A stretch of DNA of 64,000 bases from Escherichia phage MN03, in the sequence record NC_070990.1; one strand, given 5' to 3'. Of the stretch, positions 60,016 through 64,000 are shown piece after piece. The notes under the pieces were generated by a model that did no database searches, had not been told where the DNA came from, and saw only the letters and a program-made list of their open reading frames with translations. Within the stretch, counting starts at the first letter, position 1. Every line of letters starts with the position of its first letter. Made by a program: the position numbers and the translations under genes.

Positions 60016-60267
60016 TCAAGCACAAGCAGGGAGTGTGATGATTTTATGCTTACCATCAAACTCTCCAAATAAACCTAAGAATGTGGGACTGTAAGTACCA
60101 GTACAAACAAACTCATCAAACAATGCGTTATAACTAGGCTTAATCTTCCAAGCCCATACATAACCCATCTTGTCAATTGCAATATAACGAGTGTTCAGAG
60201 GAACAGCCATCATCACATCATTAACTGCAATCACTTTAGTTATTGGTGCAGCTTGGAAGTTTTTCAT
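60016..60267 (-). CDS. hypothetical protein
   Basis: ORF. Confidence 0.3.
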   Translation of the reverse strand: MKNFQAAPITKVIAVNDVMMAVPLNTRYIAIDKMGYVWAWKIKPSYNALFDEFVCTGTYSPTFLGLFGEFDGKHKIITLPACA

Positions 60268-60488
60268 CCTACTCTCCTAACGTTTAGGGTAGCTTGATAA
60301 AATTTGACAGGACAACTTCTGTCAAACGTAAATCTTGTTTCAGGATTATTTATACAGATAGCATGTCTGTGCATAACCTTCATATATAAAGGAGGTTTTG
60401 TATCCCCATCTATCTCTAGAGAGAACACATCACCATTACGGAGGCTACCAAAAGTGTTATCTTTAGGCTCAGAGCGAACGATAATCAT
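60264..60488 (-). CDS. small paralog family protein (GxVF family), member 6
   Basis: LRNGDVFSL. Confidence 0.4.
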   Translation of the reverse strand: MIIVRSEPKDNTFGSLRNGDVFSLEIDGDTKPPLYMKVMHRHAICINNPETRFTFDRSCPVKFYQATLNVRRVG

Positions 60489-60661
60489 ACTTTACCTTTG
60501 ATAAAAATATCATTACCACAGACACAGCATGAACGAACAACAGTAGCGCCACGCTGAACGATACGAACCTCTTCCTTAACCAGATTAATACGAGCACCGC
60601 AGCAAGGAGAGTTGACATAAGAGTAACCAGCTTGCGTATGTTTGATTGTTTGCTTAGACAT
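60488..60661 (-). CDS. Cys-rich zinc-ribbon protein (57 aa)
   Basis: Own translation; CCGAR ... CCVCGN. Confidence 0.3.
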
Positions 60662-60699
60662 TTTAGCTTCCTCTTGTTAGTTTAAGTAAGAGTTGTCCC

Positions 60700-60734
60700 T
60701 TAATTAAAACAACAAAGGCCGCCCGAAGGCAGCC
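60700..60734 (-). terminator. rho-independent terminator (minus strand)
   Basis: GGCTGCC-TTCG-GGCGGCC hairpin plus TTTGTTGTTTT on the minus strand. Confidence 0.55.
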
Positions 60735-61131
60735 TCTCTTTATTTGTTAACTGTTATACGTCCAATTACCTTGCTTGTTACGGATGGCTGACATTGCATG
60801 AATCCAAAAGCCTTCCAGTTTCAGAGCACCATTAGCTACTGCATCCATACGTTCAGGGCGGTTCATACGTTTGGTTGATACTTTCATACATATCTCTCTT
60901 TGTTAGTGGAGGCATTATTGCCAGTTGATATAAGGGATAGCCCTAGTCAGGAGGCTAATTCTGACCGCGTACTCATTGCCGACCTTCTCTGCCTAAGAGT
61001 TCAGGTTCTAGAGCTATCTCTTATTCCAACTGGTGAAGACTTCCTACCCCTAGGAAGTCTCCTGAATCCCAAACCAATACGTACCCCTACATATTGGAAA
61101 GTCTTTCGAAAATTAACAGGTTTTAGTCTAG

Positions 61132-61245
61132 CACCGGATGTTCGAGCAAGCTCTCCCTAGCGGTGTGGCATATGCCTGAATTAATAAGTTAATGAGGAAC
61201 ACCCTCACATAGCCCTCTGATAAACACAAGGGCTATAAGTCGGTG
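61132..61245. repeat. conserved noncoding element, copy B, inside a 355-bp gene-free gap
   Basis: Same three blocks and hairpin as copy A; begins right after a minus-strand stop codon. Confidence 0.5.
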
Positions 61246-61464
61246 TTACTTTTGGGATAAACACAGATCGGGACGTGGCATAACAGTGGTTGATAGACCG
61301 AAGACTTCAACAGAACCACTGCTCAAGTTAGCAGCCTTACACAAACCATCAGGGGTTTTATCTTCTAGCATCAGCCAGAAACGTTTATCATAAGAGAAAA
61401 CATCACCACCTTTAACGTCCTCTGCATTTGCATATTTAGGATAATCAACTACTTTAATTTCCAT
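61246..61464 (-). CDS. small paralog family protein (GxVF family), member 5
   Basis: VKGGDVFSYDKRFWLM. Confidence 0.4.
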   Translation of the reverse strand: MEIKVVDYPKYANAEDVKGGDVFSYDKRFWLMLEDKTPDGLCKAANLSSGSVEVFGLSTTVMPRPDLCLSQK

Positions 61465-61474
61465 CTAATTGCCC

Positions 61475-61693
61475 TTATTGATATATAGAAAGGTGGATAA
61501 GTTTATTAACATGAGCGAAGTTAGGAAGGATTTGCATCTCATTGTTGAAGATATTAAAACAACGAACCCCGCCCTCTACAGCATAAGCAGATTTCTGAAA
61601 CAGACTGCCTCCCCACACAAATACATCATGTGTTTCAAGAGATCGTAACTGAACAGCCTCGTCAACAACCTTCTTTTCAATGTTCATATTCAC
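61475..61693 (-). CDS. small paralog family protein (GxVF family), member 4
   Basis: LRSLETHDVFVW. Confidence 0.4.
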   Translation of the reverse strand: MNMNIEKKVVDEAVQLRSLETHDVFVWGGSLFQKSAYAVEGGVRCFNIFNNEMQILPNFAHVNKLIHLSIYQ

Positions 61694-61941
61694 TTCCGAT
61701 TGGTAATTACTGCATCATGGATAACTGAAACAGGTAAGTTTGAATCTAGCTTCATTACTTGATTGGTGCTTAAACTGAGCACTACACAACCATTCCGAAG
61801 ATCAGTCTCTGACACATGTGGTGTATATAACTGAACGATCATGTAATAATCAATACATGTTGCCTTAACTTGGAATACATCACCAAGTTTCAAATCACCC
61901 ACACACAATTCTTTAGCTTTCATCTTAAGATCAATCTTCAT
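61690..61941 (-). CDS. small paralog family protein (GxVF family), member 3
   Basis: LKLGDVFQV. Confidence 0.4.
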   Translation of the reverse strand: MKIDLKMKAKELCVGDLKLGDVFQVKATCIDYYMIVQLYTPHVSETDLRNGCVVLSLSTNQVMKLDSNLPVSVIHDAVITNRK

Positions 61942-62167
61942 CTTTAGCCTCTATGTTGGTTATGTGAAGATCACTACGTACTTGGCAGACTTCATCCCGT
62001 TTAAAAGGCATGAGCTTTCCAGTTACCACATCAACACAGTTGACATAATTGTCTGCGTACAATGTGTCGGTTCTGATGTAAAGGGATTCTTTACGCTCAA
62101 ACAGAACCCCCGGCTTCATGTTATTTAAGCGAAGCATTGTACGATCGGATTTAATATTAACTTTCAT
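61931..62167 (-). CDS. small paralog family protein (GxVF family), member 2
   Basis: MKPGVLFER. Confidence 0.4.
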   Translation of the reverse strand: MKVNIKSDRTMLRLNNMKPGVLFERKESLYIRTDTLYADNYVNCVDVVTGKLMPFKRDEVCQVRSDLHITNIEAKDED

Positions 62168-62169
62168 CT

Positions 62170-62427
62170 TTAATCCACCTTATTGGTAAGTCGAGCATTA
62201 TCAACTACCTGAACAACAGTATCTTTTCTCAACATTGTTATTCTATCCGAAGTGAGATCTACTACTACTCTTTCGTCAGGCTTCCAACTAGCTGAATAAA
62301 CGGTTGAGGAATCTAGCTTTACTGTAAGATATATTTTATTTTTAGGTGGAACAGTTTCAAAAACACTCCCCACCTTCAGGTCTTTCAGTTGCTTGACTAC
62401 AGGGGCTGTATTAATATCATGCTTCAT
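62170..62427 (-). CDS. small paralog family protein (GxVF family), member 1
   Basis: Trimmed to MKHDINT with AGGAG RBS; LKVGSVFE. Confidence 0.4.
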   Translation of the reverse strand: MKHDINTAPVVKQLKDLKVGSVFETVPPKNKIYLTVKLDSSTVYSASWKPDERVVVDLTSDRITMLRKDTVVQVVDNARLTNKVD

Positions 62428-62713
62428 TGTTAATCTCCTGCTGTTTAGCAATAGCCACTCGCAAGTCTTCATTAGCACGAGCAAGGCGTAACACTTCGTG
62501 GTTGAGGTTCTGAAGACGCTTGTTTCTGTCCTCTACTTGCATAATAAGATCGTTAAGTGTTACTTTAACTTTCTCATTATACATCTCATCCACTCGAACT
62601 AGGGATTTATACATTCTCTCCCAGCTTGCTGCTTTGTTTCTGAGAATAATAAATCCTAGAACGCTGATAGTTAAACAGCTTACAAAAAGGAATTTATATA
62701 CTTCTAAAGTCAT
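62417..62713 (-). CDS. small membrane / coiled-coil protein
   Basis: N-terminal TM then a heptad-rich helix; first gene after an AT-rich intergenic region. Confidence 0.4.
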   Translation of the reverse strand: MTLEVYKFLFVSCLTISVLGFIILRNKAASWERMYKSLVRVDEMYNEKVKVTLNDLIMQVEDRNKRLQNLNHEVLRLARANEDLRVAIAKQQEINNEA

Positions 62714-62913
62714 ATCATTTTACCCTTTATCAGAGATTAAAAGTAATATTATTTAAGTAAGTTATATTTAGTAAACTTATTTTCTAAGAAATTTTCAAAG
62801 GGTCTATATACAGAGCATTACCCATAGTCCCAGAATACTACCATCTTTTTCAATAAATTTACTAAGTGGTTGGTTTATAAAGGAATTTAGTTTGTCAAAT
62901 CTGGCACTAGTGA

Positions 62914-63303
62914 TTATTCCCTAGAGCTATTATCGAACACTAAATCACCACAATACATAGGATTGGCATACCATTTTGGCACCCCTTCGCTCTTACTCTG
63001 AAAGTAAGTCCCACTGTACAGCGGAACATAATTCTTCTTAAGGGCACGTTTAGCAAGTCGCTCGCTTTCTCCAATGGCTTGCTTAGTCATCGGATTTTTA
63101 TCACGAATCAGCTTTACATAACGTTTATAAGGTTTCTCCTGTTTTAATAGTACCGGAATCCACTCAAACTGGTTCTTCTGTCTTATCACCTGTTCAGCGG
63201 TCAGTTTTCGTTGGGCCATTCTATTTATCACGGTATCCGCAACTAAAGCCTTACATGCGGTTGGCTGATTCCCTGCCTCATAATAAATAGTCAATGTCAA
63301 CAT
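62914..63303 (-). CDS. cell-wall hydrolase, SleB/CwlJ-like
   Basis: IYYEAGNQP ... VINRM ... QVIRQKNQF ... YSGTYF ... GDLVF pattern; weak RBS. Confidence 0.5.
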   Translation of the reverse strand: MLTLTIYYEAGNQPTACKALVADTVINRMAQRKLTAEQVIRQKNQFEWIPVLLKQEKPYKRYVKLIRDKNPMTKQAIGESERLAKRALKKNYVPLYSGTYFQSKSEGVPKWYANPMYCGDLVFDNSSRE

Positions 63304-63379
63304 TAGCTGTGCCGTTGTTATCAGAACTTGCTACCTCCTGTTTTGTTGTTTCAATAAACACCCTCGAAAAGATGCTTAT

Positions 63380-63408
63380 AGAAACACCCCTCCCTTTCGG
63401 GAGAGGCA
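63380..63408 (-). terminator. rho-independent terminator (minus strand)
   Basis: CCTCTCCC-GAAA-GGGAGGGG hairpin right after the stop at 63414. Confidence 0.5.
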
Positions 63409-63413
63409 CTATC

Positions 63414-64000
63414 TTACCACTCGTAACTTACACCAGCGCCCAGAACAGCGTCACTCTCTGAAGTCATTGCCACTGATGCTTTAGTTACTAAGTTTTCATT
63501 GAAACGAGCACTAACACCAATAGCAAGAGCAGATTCACCATCGTAAGCACCTACCCCAGCACCAACAGAGAAAGCAGATCCTTGACTTACTTGCGGGATG
63601 TTAGCCATTGCAGCCACGCCAGAAATACCAGCAGAGGCATGATCACGGTTACGGTCTACTTGTTTTTGCAAAGAAGCAAAACGTTTATTGGTGGATTGTT
63701 CCAGAGCTTTGATGGATTTGGCGTTAGCATTAACGGCAGACATATCTGCATCTTTACCGTTTTTGCCATTTAATCCGTCAACGCCATTCAAACCTGCTGC
63801 ACCAGTTAGGCCAGTTTCGCCTTTCTTACCATCTGCACCAGAATCACCTTTTTCACCTTGAGCGCCTTGTTCTCCATCAATGCCATCTTTACCATCAATG
63901 CCATCTTTACCATCAATGCCATCTTTACCATCAATGCCATCTTTACCATCAATGCCATCTTTACCATCAATGCCATCTTTACCATCAATGCCATCAATGC
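63414..64000 (-). CDS. collagen-like repeat protein with YadA-type C-terminal anchor domain (5' end outside window)
   Basis: Frame is open to the window edge and reads (GIDGKD)n GEQGAQGEKGDSGADGKK...; C-terminus ...AAMANIPQ...FSVGAGVGAYDGESALAIGVSARFNENL...GAGVSYEW resembles YadA. Confidence 0.55.
   Translation of the reverse strand, partial: IDGIDGKDGIDGKDGIDGKDGIDGKDGIDGKDGIDGKDGIDGEQGAQGEKGDSGADGKKGETGLTGAAGLNGVDGLNGKNGKDADMSAVNANAKSIKALEQSTNKRFASLQKQVDRNRDHASAGISGVAAMANIPQVSQGSAFSVGAGVGAYDGESALAIGVSARFNENLVTKASVAMTSESDAVLGAGVSYEW
63880..64000. repeat. 18-bp tandem repeat (ACCATCAATGCCATCTTT), about 7 copies, coding collagen-like G-X-Y repeats
   Basis: Perfect tandem units; in frame with the minus-strand CDS. 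Confidence 0.8.

Noticed and set aside
60900-61160. 86-aa plus-strand ORF in the early region
   Set aside because: It is on the opposite strand to every neighbouring gene, has no RBS, and overlaps the conserved noncoding element and hairpins; treated as noncoding.
62714-62913. Sigma-70-type early promoter upstream of the first minus-strand gene
   Set aside because: A perfect TTGACA is present on the minus strand but no acceptable -10 hexamer at 16-18 bp spacing was found by eye; not called without a proper scan.
63806-63997. 63-aa ORF translating as repeated MALMVK
   Set aside because: It is an alternative frame across the 18-bp tandem repeat; the adjacent frame encodes a continuous collagen-like G-X-Y tract joined to the YadA-like anchor, which is far more plausible.
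63880-64000. Possible CRISPR array suggested by perfect short tandem repeats
   Set aside because: Units are 18 bp and directly adjacent with no spacers, and they are in frame within a coding sequence; not CRISPR.

Overview
This 64-kb window is a segment of a virulent tailed dsDNA phage genome; no integrase or repressor was seen. It has two convergent transcription arms that meet at a bidirectional hairpin terminator near 23.85 kb. The plus strand (2..23828) carries the late/structural module: an acidic scaffold-like protein, the major capsid protein with an Ig-like domain in the -1 frame (candidate programmed frameshift), tail fibres (one with a C-terminal S74-type chaperone domain), a GH24 lysozyme, a virion lytic transglycosylase, two Q/N-rich paralogous internal proteins and a 1474-aa charged internal protein. 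The minus strand (about 62713 down to 23900) carries early/middle genes: an ECF-like phage sigma factor, T7-like primase-helicase, a family A DNA polymerase with its 3'-5' exonuclease in a separate distant gene, FEN-type 5'-3' exonuclease, SSB-like protein, PhoH, ThyX, thioredoxin, dCTP deaminase-like protein, NMP-kinase-like protein, HNH endonuclease, a Dps-like ferritin, a macro-domain protein, an overlapped Rz/Rz1-type spanin pair, one tRNA-Arg(UCU), and many small ORFs including an 11-member paralog family. The most unusual content is a roughly 9-kb minus-strand cluster (46000..55383) combining an ATP-grasp ligase, a class-II glutamine amidotransferase (Ntn) protein with a non-ATG start, one or two amidoligase-like proteins and a gamma-glutamyl-cyclotransferase-like protein. 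The far right end encodes a SleB-like hydrolase and a partial collagen-repeat protein with a YadA-type anchor. Sigma factor, single tRNA-Arg and a recurring TAATGTATA motif suggest a phiEco32-like (Kuravirus-type) podophage, but this is recollection plus inference and not verified. All calls are from reading the sequence and ORF translations; no database search was run.
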